64,000 bases of DNA from Barthelona sp. PCE (taxonomy: Eukaryota), in the NCBI GenBank assembly GCA_040285745.1, contig JAUFOR010000002.1, forward strand, positions 310,001 to 374,000, in the 5' to 3' direction. Every line of letters starts with the position of its first letter. Position 1 is the first letter of the stretch. Under the pieces are notes generated by a model. That model saw only the letters and a program-made list of their open reading frames with translations. It searched no databases and was not told where the DNA came from. Positions 39,024-49,387 of this stretch are shown here, piece by piece. The position numbers and the translations under genes were made by a program.

Positions 39024-40568
39024 ATGAGCAGCGGGACCAATGTACTGGAAGACTTTTTCTTGCCCGAAAAAGTATTTTCAAATTCTAGTATGTCATCCAC
39101 CAACTTTTCGTTTATTTTCAATGGTTCAACGGGCATAACCCTACCAAAAAAACTTAGGTATGGTTCAATCGATCTTAAACACAAACCTTTTCGAACACAT
39201 TTTCAGTTCCCTGTTAAAAGTCGGGCAATGTACATGAATAATTCAACAATTTTCCCCAACGATGATGGGAAATCGGTGCTACAAATGAATGACGGGCAAT
39301 ATGCATCACTACCGTTTCGAATAGAGAATTTTGATTCTGTTTTTGGTTCATATCGATATTTTCAAGCGAAATATGGTCTTTATCATATAGATCACATTGG
39401 ATATGTTAAAGTACCGCCAAAAATAACACTCATATCACAATTTTTTTTCAACTTTGATGACTATCCTAGATTTCTTTCATTTGATCGTAATGAATGTACT
39501 GGCAACATGTTCTTTTTCTATAAAGATAGGTTTGAGATAATACATGAGGATGAACTATGTCGAAATGAAAGCAGGAATGTAGTATTACATGATAATTTTG
39601 AACTTGGTTTTTTTGATGGTTTTAATTATTGCACATCACTTCTAGGACTATCTCGTGAACACAGCGGCACAATAATGCTTTACGATGAAAGAATTTGTGC
39701 TAAAAAATCAAGGCCCATTGAGATATGTTTAGAACCTCTCACGAATGTTAAAACTTTAAGTGCTTCACGAATAGTATCTTTAACAAATACGCATATCAAG
39801 GTGTATGACATCAGAAATACAACTGTTCCCCTGCATAGCATCCGATTAAAGTATGCCCCTTTGGCCAACTCTTTAGTTTTTGATGAAACAAAGAAAGCTT
39901 TTCTTTTTTTGAGCGAATCATATGACAGTGCTAGTATTGGGCGTGTTGACAGCACTGTGTTGACATTGAAGAGTGACATTATACCTTTTAAGCTCAATAC
40001 AGATCGTAACTGTGTATCTCTTTCAACGAACTCAGTGCATCTGTATTCAAATAATTCGCACTCTCAATTTACTCCATTACACAGCAGTATTGACATTGAT
40101 AGGCAGCGGCGGTGGGGTGGAATTGATGTTAAAGACGAATACAAAGGGGAACTGGATAGCATTGGTTTCAGAAAGTTTGTTCCACAGTTCACAAGTTCAG
40201 AGGAAGAACCTAACACCACCACCGTTGAATCTGGAGAGGAGGGGGAGACAGAGAAAGAACGACGTGGCCTGGACGAACTTGATGAGTTGTTTGAAAAATC
40301 CTGCAATGTTTTGCAGAAGCATTTCCATATTTCTGATATTTCTCCCGATTCTAGTCTTGATATAGATGGAATGGGTACCCCCAAGAGTATATATTCATTT
40401 GTTGATTGGAAGAAGATGAAGACAGTTGACCATACTGAAAAAGTGGATTTGAAAAAACGCCGATACAATTTTTTACCACTTGTAACTAAGGAAAGAACAG
40501 CTTTAAGCAAACAATTACGAACATTTACATCATTGATGAATATAGAATCAATGTCAACTCAACAGTAA
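39024..40568 (+). CDS. Hypothetical beta-propeller-like protein (possibly Rrn6/TAF1C-like)
   Basis: Long ORF; degenerate WD-like segments (IMLYDER, IKVYDIRNTTVPL); acidic region. The family guess is weak. Confidence 0.5.
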   Translation: MSSGTNVLEDFFLPEKVFSNSSMSSTNFSFIFNGSTGITLPKKLRYGSIDLKHKPFRTHFQFPVKSRAMYMNNSTIFPNDDGKSVLQMNDGQYASLPFRIENFDSVFGSYRYFQAKYGLYHIDHIGYVKVPPKITLISQFFFNFDDYPRFLSFDRNECTGNMFFFYKDRFEIIHEDELCRNESRNVVLHDNFELGFFDGFNYCTSLLGLSREHSGTIMLYDERICAKKSRPIEICLEPLTNVKTLSASRIVSLTNTHIKVYDIRNTTVPLHSIRLKYAPLANSLVFDETKKAFLFLSESYDSASIGRVDSTVLTLKSDIIPFKLNTDRNCVSLSTNSVHLYSNNSHSQFTPLHSSIDIDRQRRWGGIDVKDEYKGELDSIGFRKFVPQFTSSEEEPNTTTVESGEEGETEKERRGLDELDELFEKSCNVLQKHFHISDISPDSSLDIDGMGTPKSIYSFVDWKKMKTVDHTEKVDLKKRRYNFLPLVTKERTALSKQLRTFTSLMNIESMSTQQ

Positions 40569-40603
40569 TTTCTATAAATAAACAATCATCTATTTTCATC
40601 TAT

Positions 40604-41617
40604 TTATTTTTCCAAAAACGCCACAATATTATCAACAAGTGCATCTACTTTTTCTCTATCTACTGCACTAAAACCAGATCTTTTCTTAATATCATTAAAA
40701 ACCCTTGCATCCAACAATACATGATTACGATAATTAGGATAATGACTGAAGAAAATATTGTAACATTTTAAAGTAAGTTCAACTAACCGATCATAACCTA
40801 AACAATTGTTTAATAAAAGAGGAATATTCTCTACAAAATTTTCAAACTGCTTCATGATAATATCTGATCTGGTTTGATTGGCAATGATTGCTTCCAAGTT
40901 ACTCACATTCAAAAAGTTGTAAATAATACACAAACAAAGCATTAATGAATTTTCACTATAAGTTTTAAAAAATAACTGGACATAATCTATTAGAACATCA
41001 TACATACCTCCTGCTAAACATAAATAAACAGCCAAGGCGTGTGTTGTGTCTTTCTTCTGCCCATGATGCTTCTTTTCCTTTGTGATATTAGCAACCATGG
41101 ACCATATACGATCACAAAATGTGAAATTAATGTTGGGTCGATCTAAGGTCTCTTCAATAAAGGGTAGAAACATTGTCACGGTGGAACTGTTAATGAATGG
41201 TTCACGAGTTTGATCATGGTTGGTGAATAAATGCATAAGATAAGCAACGTTTTGTAAAATTTGTGTTGGAGCCCAGTTTTCTTCAATGTACAGTTTCGGA
41301 AGCTCCGTATACACTTCTTCTAGTAAAATAGGCAATACACCAGGGGAAAACCATAGCAATTTTGTAATAGCACTTGAAACCTTATCTGTGCTTATATTGT
41401 GCTTCTGAACGCGCTTGTGCCCACCCAATTTGCTATCTACTGGGGTTAAAAGACGCATTATATCTCGAATAGAGGCATAACGTTCCTCAGGACCGTTGAA
41501 CAGGCCCAAAAGTGTTGTTGATATGTAGTTAATCAGCTCAGACATCAAACTGATTACTGTCTCAGATGCAGAATGTGGAAAAAAAAGGGGGATTGAGCAA
41601 GAAACAGGTCTTACCAT
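40604..41617 (-). CDS. CNOT9/Rcd1/Caf40-like ARM protein, divergent
   Basis: LLWFSPGVLPILLEEV...NVAYLMHLFTNHDQTREPFINS...FLPFI parallels Rcd1 LWHSFGTIAALLQEI...HPETRSAFL. Confidence 0.65.
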   Translation of the reverse strand: MVRPVSCSIPLFFPHSASETVISLMSELINYISTTLLGLFNGPEERYASIRDIMRLLTPVDSKLGGHKRVQKHNISTDKVSSAITKLLWFSPGVLPILLEEVYTELPKLYIEENWAPTQILQNVAYLMHLFTNHDQTREPFINSSTVTMFLPFIEETLDRPNINFTFCDRIWSMVANITKEKKHHGQKKDTTHALAVYLCLAGGMYDVLIDYVQLFFKTYSENSLMLCLCIIYNFLNVSNLEAIIANQTRSDIIMKQFENFVENIPLLLNNCLGYDRLVELTLKCYNIFFSHYPNYRNHVLLDARVFNDIKKRSGFSAVDREKVDALVDNIVAFLEK

Positions 41618-41651
41618 ACTTGAGATTTCTCAGTTCGATACAGTTTCATTG

Positions 41652-41667
41652 ATGGGTAGAAAAGTGA
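41652..41667 (-). promoter_or_regulatory. Candidate promoter element TCACTTTTCTACCCAT
   Basis: Near-identical copy (TCACTTTTCTAACCCAT, 22954-22970) at a similar distance upstream of syntaxin. Confidence 0.5.
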
Positions 41668-42140
41668 TATTTGTGAGCATTAACACTGAAAAATTCCGAA
41701 AAACACATCCTTTGAGTGAATTTTTCGTAAAAATACAAATTATGGAGTTTGTTCTGCTACAATGCGTTTAGTCGGTATAGTGGCACTAGAATAATGCGGT
41801 TAAATGACAGAAAATGCGAGTTACCATACCCGATGGACTTAATGCCAAAATCTCAATATTTCACATTTTTAGACCATTGACAACTATATACCCCCACAAA
41901 ATTCCACATTAACCGGGATAGAAGAGGAATAACAGAAAAACCTGCCTTTTGTAGTAAAAATCGATTTCAGCACTACAGCAACTATTTATAGTGAAATTTT
42001 ACCGCTAGGCATGCGCAAATAGGTCAATTACATTGCTTTACACTGCGTATTTGCTTGTATATGGTTACAAAATTGTATTCTTGAATATCTCCGCTTACAG
42101 TCTTTTTTTAACTTACTATAACCAATAGAGACTTTCAACT

Positions 42141-44522
42141 ATGCCAGTACACGAAACTGATTATTCTTTTAACCTTGATGATATGAGTACAGAGATTGAA
42201 ATTGAGCTTCATTCTGAGGCATCAGAAGTATCTGATTATGCTGTGAGCCCCAGTATTGCTCGAGCACCAAGCGTCCTGGGATCACTAAGCACATTCCAAT
42301 ACACAAAATCACTTTCTCGTTCTAGTGCAAAGCTTCAAGCCTTAAACAGAGTTCATTCGAGTCATCCAGAGGGTACTTTTTCCCCTGAGCCCGAGTATAT
42401 ACCATCCAAAGTTGAAGTTCATACTCTTTTGGAATTTTTCCGTCGTGGAGCTTTATTCGAAACTAAAGAGACAGAAATTTCTGCTATTTTCAGTTCTGCT
42501 GTCAACAACCTCGTGAAAGAAAAGCTTCTTTCTCCTTTACTTTTCTCTCCAGCTTATCAAGCACTTATTCGTTCACAAGAGGCATATGCCCAAGCCGTTG
42601 GTGAAGCCTTTGACTTCTCATTGGGATATGTCGAGAACCTTGATGAACCATTAGTTGCAGTCACAAGACTGGAGCATCCAGTTAACTTTGATGCTTCTGA
42701 TAACGTCCCAACAAAGTGGATTTTTGTTTTCCTTCTGCCACTTGCTTATGAAAGCAATCCCGTTGTTATGGTTTCAATCATCAATACACTAACATACCTT
42801 ATGTCATTGGACGCTGTGCATTGTTCTGCCTTTTTAGCACCTGATCTTGAGACCTTCCTAGGTGAAGTCGAAGCTGAGCTAATGGATAGAAATCTAATTG
42901 CTGCTGCTGATTGCGCTTCACCAAAGCCAAAAAAAAAAGATGTTGGATTTAGTGAAAAGACCCGTCGTGCTGAGTTTATCGCATCTTTATCACCCCAAAA
43001 GGGAATTTTTGGTGAATTTATCAAAGATTGTAAGAGATTTGGTAAATATTACAAGCGTACATGGACTAATGCCTGGAATGGTAAGCTTCTTGCTTCCATT
43101 TTCTTTATTTTCTTTGCTGTTCTTGCTCCTGCCGTTTCTTTCGGTGCCATCATTGGTGAAGTTACTGAAAATGCTATTGGTGTTAACGAATGTCTTATTT
43201 CTGCTGCAGTTCTAGGTATTTTCTATGCAATTTTTGGTAATCCACTCATTGTTATTGGTGCTACCGGACCCATCCTTGTCTTCACCCGTTTAATTATGGA
43301 CCTATCAAAGCTTTGGGAGGTTGATTTCCTGCAGCTTTACGGTTGGATCTCTGTATGGACTGGCGTTTGTCTTATTATCATTGGTCTGCTAGGTTTTTCC
43401 ACGTTGATGAGATATGCCACGCGTTTCCTTGATGAAATCTTTTCTTCTCTAATTGGTCTAATCTTCATTTACGAAGCAATCAAGTATCTAATCAAGGTCT
43501 TTTCTGATCATGAGGTCTATGAACCTGAAACTGCTTGGTTAACGCTTGTTTTACAGTTGGGTACCCTCTATCTTTCACGTCGTTTTGTTGCTCTCAAAAA
43601 GAGCAAATATCTCAGCAAGACCCTTCGCACTATCATTGCCGATCTCGGCACTATCATTAGCATCATCCTCATGACCACACTCGATGTGATTGTTGAGGAT
43701 AACCATACTGTGACAGACAAGCTTATATTGCCTTCCGACGTTTGGTCGCCCACATCCGGTCGTGATTGGCTTGTTCCGTTATTTGACATGAAGACCAGCG
43801 TTATTCTGCTGAGTATCCTTCCTGCGCTATTGCAGACCGTGCTTGTTGTTATTGATCACAACATCACCGTCCATCTTGTATACCATGTTGATAACAAATG
43901 TATGCCACCAGTATACTCATTCGACCTCATTGTAATTGGAATCACGTGTCTGTTCACTGGTCCGTTCGGATTGGTTGTTTCATGTGGTGCTACGGTGCGT
44001 TCAATCAACCTCCTGTTCTCTCAGTCTGTCACGGAAATCATGCCTGATGAAGATGGAAAACAAGTAACGAGGGTTATCAAGTGTTACGACAATCGAGTGT
44101 CTAACCTCGTCATCCACATTCTCGTATTTTGCGCTCTTTTGGCAAGCTCAATCTTTAAGTATCTGCCACTTGGAGTCCTTCAAGGTGTGTTTTTGTCGAT
44201 GGGTATCTCTACTATTATCAATAACCAGCTTTTCGAACGTGTGATGCTCCTATTCCAAGAGAAGCAATTGCATAATGTTCATTCATATCTACGTACTGTA
44301 TGTTCGAAATCCATCAACATCTTCACGATCATCCAAGTCCTCCTTATTGGATTCCTGTGGTTGGTTAAGTCTTCTGCTTTTGCCATTGTATTCCCCATTG
44401 TATTATTGCTCCTCCCATTGGTTAGGTTCAAGATACTCCCAAGATTCATCCCTGAGAACGATTTAGCCGAACTTGACCGCGAAGAAGAAGCTGAAGATCA
44501 TGAGGATGATGTTCTTAACTAA
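42141..44522 (+). CDS. SLC4 (band 3/bicarbonate) transporter with PTS EIIA-like cytoplasmic domain
   Basis: FIFFAVLAPAVSFG, GATGPILVF, TRFLDEIF, IDHNIT, ATVRS, VLQGVFLSMG, NQLFER; N-domain VTRLEHPVNFDASDNVPTKWIFV. Confidence 0.9.
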   Translation: MPVHETDYSFNLDDMSTEIEIELHSEASEVSDYAVSPSIARAPSVLGSLSTFQYTKSLSRSSAKLQALNRVHSSHPEGTFSPEPEYIPSKVEVHTLLEFFRRGALFETKETEISAIFSSAVNNLVKEKLLSPLLFSPAYQALIRSQEAYAQAVGEAFDFSLGYVENLDEPLVAVTRLEHPVNFDASDNVPTKWIFVFLLPLAYESNPVVMVSIINTLTYLMSLDAVHCSAFLAPDLETFLGEVEAELMDRNLIAAADCASPKPKKKDVGFSEKTRRAEFIASLSPQKGIFGEFIKDCKRFGKYYKRTWTNAWNGKLLASIFFIFFAVLAPAVSFGAIIGEVTENAIGVNECLISAAVLGIFYAIFGNPLIVIGATGPILVFTRLIMDLSKLWEVDFLQLYGWISVWTGVCLIIIGLLGFSTLMRYATRFLDEIFSSLIGLIFIYEAIKYLIKVFSDHEVYEPETAWLTLVLQLGTLYLSRRFVALKKSKYLSKTLRTIIADLGTIISIILMTTLDVIVEDNHTVTDKLILPSDVWSPTSGRDWLVPLFDMKTSVILLSILPALLQTVLVVIDHNITVHLVYHVDNKCMPPVYSFDLIVIGITCLFTGPFGLVVSCGATVRSINLLFSQSVTEIMPDEDGKQVTRVIKCYDNRVSNLVIHILVFCALLASSIFKYLPLGVLQGVFLSMGISTIINNQLFERVMLLFQEKQLHNVHSYLRTVCSKSINIFTIIQVLLIGFLWLVKSSAFAIVFPIVLLLLPLVRFKILPRFIPENDLAELDREEEAEDHEDDVLN

Positions 44523-44531
44523 CTCTACATG

Positions 44532-44538
44532 AGTAAAT
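44532..44538 (+). terminator. Candidate polyadenylation signal AGTAAAT (representative of six AGTAAAY hits)
   Basis: Lies 9 nt after the SLC4 stop; matches the Giardia AGTRAAY consensus; recurs at other gene ends. Confidence 0.55.
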
Positions 44539-44545
44539 ACTTTTA

Positions 44546-47002
44546 TTAAGCAAGATATACGGCACTACGTAATTTTTGAGCGATTTCACGAATACTACGC
44601 TTGGGATGATCAAGGAGTGTGCGTGTTTGCAACTTGAGCGTCTGATTGAAGTGTTTAAACTTTTCAGGCTGTACCTTGAAAACCTTTGACAGCAATGCAA
44701 TGTTAACTTCGTTGATTGGAAGGAATGTGGATGGTGCAAAATGCTCAATATATCTGTTAATAATAACGTCAGGTGCCAAAGCTAGTAAGTCGTAGACATA
44801 TTTCGATGCTGAACCAAGATTTTCAACTAAATTCATCATGATGGGTTCGAAAGCAGCCTCCCTAGAGCCGAGCTCGATTTTTACCAACAGCGCAATGAGT
44901 GCAGTACACTGAACATCGAGATCAACACCACTCACGTACAAACTGGTAACAACGGCAATAATACGCGCAATCACTCTGTCGTGGATGGGAGACATGAGCG
45001 CTGTAACATCTGTATCAAACAGATAACTGAGTGCCGTCATTAGTTCATTGACGTAACACGACTTTGGCGCTATGGCAAGGCTGATGAATGCGCTGAGAGA
45101 GCCCAGACTGTGTAGCTTGTCTGAAGCATTCTCTTCAATACGTACCATAAGAGCAAGCATCTCTGCAATGCCAAACATGTTTGGCAATGGTTTGTCACCC
45201 ATTTCCATACGCAACATCGGCAGCGTGATGCAATCGAGCAGATAGGATAAGTGTTTTGAAGCGCAATTAAAGAACTCATGATGATTGAGCAAAAGAGCCG
45301 TCAATGCTATACGTGCCTCACTTGACTCCAATGCTTCCTCTACCATCTTCTTGACTATGGGCCTTGTAACCATGCTCACATCATCGGTCAGACTCAGATA
45401 CAGACCTGTAATGAGAGGAGGATCACCAAAATTAGCATGATCATTTAGGACAACCGTCGACTTCTTACATAAGGAAAGAACAACGGAGAATGACTGCCAT
45501 GTACCTTCCTGGACCATATATCTGATTGCTGAACCAATGTACTTGTCAATAACCTCATGTCCTTGTACATAACCCAAAACCTTGAAAAACTGAATCGGTG
45601 TCATCATCTCAGTGTCGACTAATTCCTCATACTGCTCTAATACTGGATCCAGCTGTTCATCTGTTGTTGCAAGACAGCTTGCCAGATCTGTGCTTTTTTC
45701 TTCCAGAGCTGTGTTAAAAGCCGTTAACAAGCGCTCAGCAACTGCCTCTGAGGGAATAGAACGCAGTAAAACCAGGGCGTTTTCTGACATGGGGTACTTC
45801 TTAAGCATCAGGTCAATCAGTCCCCCAATCAAATCAGACGGCGGATCCCTCATCAACCACATCAAAAAGGCTATGTTGCCCAAAGCGTGCTGCAGTGGTT
45901 TCCCGGTGAGCTCATCGTGATCGATCACCTTAACCAGATGCCTTATGAGCGGCACAGCACTGTCGCAAACCTCCTCTTTGACTGTGTCGTCGTTATATTC
46001 AAAATCAAGGCCAATTGTGTTTTTGATCGTGTTCATCATAGAGTGGAAAGAAAACAGTGTCTTTGTTGTCTCCAATTCACTGTTAGCTGCATAACCCATA
46101 CTGGCAATCTCCTTAAATGAAAATTTAATCACCTCAAACACACCTGTTTTGGATGAACATAATAAACTGTTGGCCAATCCTAGCGCTACCTTACTCGTCT
46201 GCACATCCAATGAGTTGATGCGGAGTTTGCAATATCGTAACAGCTGCATTGCAAAAACACTAAACGCATCAGCGTCGATCTTTAGATTCCTGCATAATTC
46301 ACCAAAACCCAATAGAGATGCGTTCGTGAGCATCTCGTTTGTGCTGTTCATTGCTGTGTCGGCTAGAGTAGTCCAAACAATAGTAATATGCTTGCACAAA
46401 GTGTCAACACCGTATCTGTGAAACTGACTCATACCATCAACTGCCGTCTGTGCGGACAACTCGTTGCTGAGGTTGATAAGATACTGCCCGAACAACCCAA
46501 CAGCGTCACTAGCGAACTTTGGTGAACAAAAAATTGTATCAAAGAGTTGTTGCAGCATCTTTACCTCACCAAATTCTTTATCGTGGATCGGGGAGGGGAA
46601 TGATGAACTGATAATGCTGAAAATTTTCTTTATAGAACGTTCCTTAAAGTTAACAGTCGGAACAATGTCTACCAACAGCTCAAACAGTGCATGAACGGCA
46701 GCAGCAGACTTCATATTGCGGAAGGAACCACGCAACAATTCGGCCAACTCCTCCTCAGACTCATCGATTATACCAGGGAACTTTTTCTGAATGCCCTCAA
46801 TGCATTTAAAACCGTAAATGTACGCCTTTGGCTGGTTTAACCGGTTGAATACCGGAAAAAGCATCGCAAAACTGTCAAAATCATCCTTCGAAAACACCTC
46901 TACTGACTGTAAAGTGCTTTTCAAATCTTTAATACCCTCCAAGAAGACGTCAGGCTCGCTCTGCAACCCAATTATCTCGTATACTGTGCTTCCAATATCC
47001 AT
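44546..47002 (-). CDS. MMS19-like HEAT-repeat protein (CIA targeting factor)
   Basis: All-helical, about 818 aa; C-terminus LLDHPKRSIREIAQKLRSAVYLA parallels MMS19 LDDKKRLVRKEAVxARxxWFLL. Confidence 0.55.
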   Translation of the reverse strand: MDIGSTVYEIIGLQSEPDVFLEGIKDLKSTLQSVEVFSKDDFDSFAMLFPVFNRLNQPKAYIYGFKCIEGIQKKFPGIIDESEEELAELLRGSFRNMKSAAAVHALFELLVDIVPTVNFKERSIKKIFSIISSSFPSPIHDKEFGEVKMLQQLFDTIFCSPKFASDAVGLFGQYLINLSNELSAQTAVDGMSQFHRYGVDTLCKHITIVWTTLADTAMNSTNEMLTNASLLGFGELCRNLKIDADAFSVFAMQLLRYCKLRINSLDVQTSKVALGLANSLLCSSKTGVFEVIKFSFKEIASMGYAANSELETTKTLFSFHSMMNTIKNTIGLDFEYNDDTVKEEVCDSAVPLIRHLVKVIDHDELTGKPLQHALGNIAFLMWLMRDPPSDLIGGLIDLMLKKYPMSENALVLLRSIPSEAVAERLLTAFNTALEEKSTDLASCLATTDEQLDPVLEQYEELVDTEMMTPIQFFKVLGYVQGHEVIDKYIGSAIRYMVQEGTWQSFSVVLSLCKKSTVVLNDHANFGDPPLITGLYLSLTDDVSMVTRPIVKKMVEEALESSEARIALTALLLNHHEFFNCASKHLSYLLDCITLPMLRMEMGDKPLPNMFGIAEMLALMVRIEENASDKLHSLGSLSAFISLAIAPKSCYVNELMTALSYLFDTDVTALMSPIHDRVIARIIAVVTSLYVSGVDLDVQCTALIALLVKIELGSREAAFEPIMMNLVENLGSASKYVYDLLALAPDVIINRYIEHFAPSTFLPINEVNIALLSKVFKVQPEKFKHFNQTLKLQTRTLLDHPKRSIREIAQKLRSAVYLA

Positions 47003-47242
47003 TACAAGATGAAAAAACGATAACAACACTACTAACTGCTTATCATGTTTACAATGGGTTATGTGGGCAGCTGCTGCGCACCACGCATATTCTTACCAAA
47101 ATAATTCAACAACGTGATTTCATTTTCAATTTTTGCTCAGCATTGATAAGTAAATAGATTTGTTACATAGGTCTAAGCTCTGATATGATACCACATTAAG
47201 GCAATTAGGATCGTGCAAAAGTTAAAGGTATGGACTTTATTT

Positions 47243-49303
47243 CTATCTCCATTCACAACCAACAACTACAGGATCTTCATTAACAGGTTCAGGCATCTCA
47301 AAATGTAAGAAAGTAGCTCCTGCCAGAAAAGTGGGCAAATGATACTCGACTACTTGAGGATCACCAAACTCCTCATCATTCAAATCGTACGTGAAGAAAC
47401 GAAACATTCTCTCGTTCTCATCAATAATAGTCTTTCGAACCAAGTTGCCACGAGTACATATATGCCTCCTAAACAGATCGTCACTGTTGAATAAGGTACA
47501 TTCCAGCTCATCTGTGCGAATCTTTACGTAAAAAATCTTGTGTTTGTCAAACATAACCGTACTTCCCGTTAAAAAATCAATCCTTCCTTCACATTCGGAA
47601 TCACAAACATACGGGTTCAACAGTTCACCTGTCTCCAAGTTGATACAGCAAATCCTGGCACCAATATTATCTGCACTGCTCACCGGATATGAGGCAAAAA
47701 GCTGATGCGTTCCCTCTCGTGTAAGAGATGTAGGTGCAAAAACATAACGCAACCTGGGCCTTCTACCAACACGGTGTACCGCACTCACAGTAACATGATT
47801 TGATTCAATCTCCAATTGCACAAAACACAATGCTAAGGTTGTCATAATAACCAACATAGATCCTTCAAGCTCAACCACATTCGTGATATGGTCGCCAGCG
47901 GGGAGCTGCATTATTACGCTGTCACCCAGCCAGATGTTGCGAACTCCTTGGCCTAGACTCTCAGTGGACATGGGCCATCCAAATATGATTCTATCCGTGT
48001 AACCGTGTCCGTTTTCCATTTCTACTATGCGCGGCAATGCTGAATCTGTCCATTCCAGGCGTGATATGTTCTTCAATAACCCATTCACAATGTTTTCTGC
48101 AAACCCAAAAAAAACACCATCTCTATAACTTAATGAATCTAGTTTTAAAACATTTTTTTTATCAAAGAATGACCCACCATGCCCCTTGAGCACAATAACT
48201 GTGTTTAAATCGAAGAAAAAGTGAACTGACTGATTTCCTTCTCTGAAATTTAATTGAAAATCAAAATTTTGAGATGTAAATTGAAGTTTCCTCATTCTTA
48301 ACGCGATTTCGGACTCCAAACGCCACTCAATCCTACCAAATTTCTTTGAATAAACTTCTTCACCCCATAAATTCGGCGAAAAATGCTGAAAATCTTCCAC
48401 ATCAAATAACTTGGGATTTTGACAACATATATTGGAACAATAATGTGAACCAATGTTCGTCACCATCTCTGAGTCGTGAATATTCACTGAAAAAGCAGAA
48501 TCTTTCCCAAAAAAAATTATTGATAAATCATTCTCTGATAGCTGCTTGATTACACACTGATCAGCAATAAACTTAGGGAGTTGTAACAGCGTGGGGAACC
48601 GTTCAGTTAAATCAATAGGTTCTGCTTCCCTACAATACATGATAGAAATAGACTTTAACATATTGGCACCCCAATCAAAAACTAAAAAACAAGATGTGTT
48701 CAAGCACATACAAACGTCACTTCCAGCATAAAAGAGATCATACTGTGAAGGAAAATTCAAAATATAAACACTGTCTTTACCTTGCTGATAACCAAACAAA
48801 GCATCACTAGAACACTTATTGTGGAAAATTCCATACCCAAAGATAATATTAGCTAATGTATCTGTGATGCGGTCGTGTATGTATGTCGACACATCACCAC
48901 GCCATGTTTTCAAAGTATAAACATAATATTTTTCTGTAAAACAAACTGCAGATTCCAATCTGTCATTATTGTCTGATAAAATTGTTGGAATAGAGCAATA
49001 TGACATCTCCCCATCGTTGAAATGATAGGCAAAAACATAAGCTTCTCCATTTTCAATGAAAATCCGTCCATAACAAGCAAAGTTTCCAAACTCTTGAGTA
49101 TTCAGTTCATGATATTCTTTGCCCTCAATAACACTGTGACCAACAACATGTCCAAAAAAATTTCCCTCTTTCAATGTGCTTTCATTTGACAAAACTCCTT
49201 TGTTGGAAGCATTAATCAATAACCCAGCATTGTGAAACTCTAAATTTCCTTCAGGTACCGTGTCCAACGATAAATTATCCTCAAACGCTTGTACACGAGG
49301 CAT
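47243..49303 (-). CDS. Hypothetical protein, 686 aa, beta-rich
   Basis: Long uninterrupted ORF rich in aromatic residues; no family recognised. Confidence 0.7.
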   Translation of the reverse strand: MPRVQAFEDNLSLDTVPEGNLEFHNAGLLINASNKGVLSNESTLKEGNFFGHVVGHSVIEGKEYHELNTQEFGNFACYGRIFIENGEAYVFAYHFNDGEMSYCSIPTILSDNNDRLESAVCFTEKYYVYTLKTWRGDVSTYIHDRITDTLANIIFGYGIFHNKCSSDALFGYQQGKDSVYILNFPSQYDLFYAGSDVCMCLNTSCFLVFDWGANMLKSISIMYCREAEPIDLTERFPTLLQLPKFIADQCVIKQLSENDLSIIFFGKDSAFSVNIHDSEMVTNIGSHYCSNICCQNPKLFDVEDFQHFSPNLWGEEVYSKKFGRIEWRLESEIALRMRKLQFTSQNFDFQLNFREGNQSVHFFFDLNTVIVLKGHGGSFFDKKNVLKLDSLSYRDGVFFGFAENIVNGLLKNISRLEWTDSALPRIVEMENGHGYTDRIIFGWPMSTESLGQGVRNIWLGDSVIMQLPAGDHITNVVELEGSMLVIMTTLALCFVQLEIESNHVTVSAVHRVGRRPRLRYVFAPTSLTREGTHQLFASYPVSSADNIGARICCINLETGELLNPYVCDSECEGRIDFLTGSTVMFDKHKIFYVKIRTDELECTLFNSDDLFRRHICTRGNLVRKTIIDENERMFRFFTYDLNDEEFGDPQVVEYHLPTFLAGATFLHFEMPEPVNEDPVVVGCEWR

Positions 49304-49387
49304 TAATGTTGAAAAGCGATAGATACCTAATAATGTTGTTGTAATTCAATTTACTCTCCTTTTCAACTTTTTTTCATTGGGCTTGCG

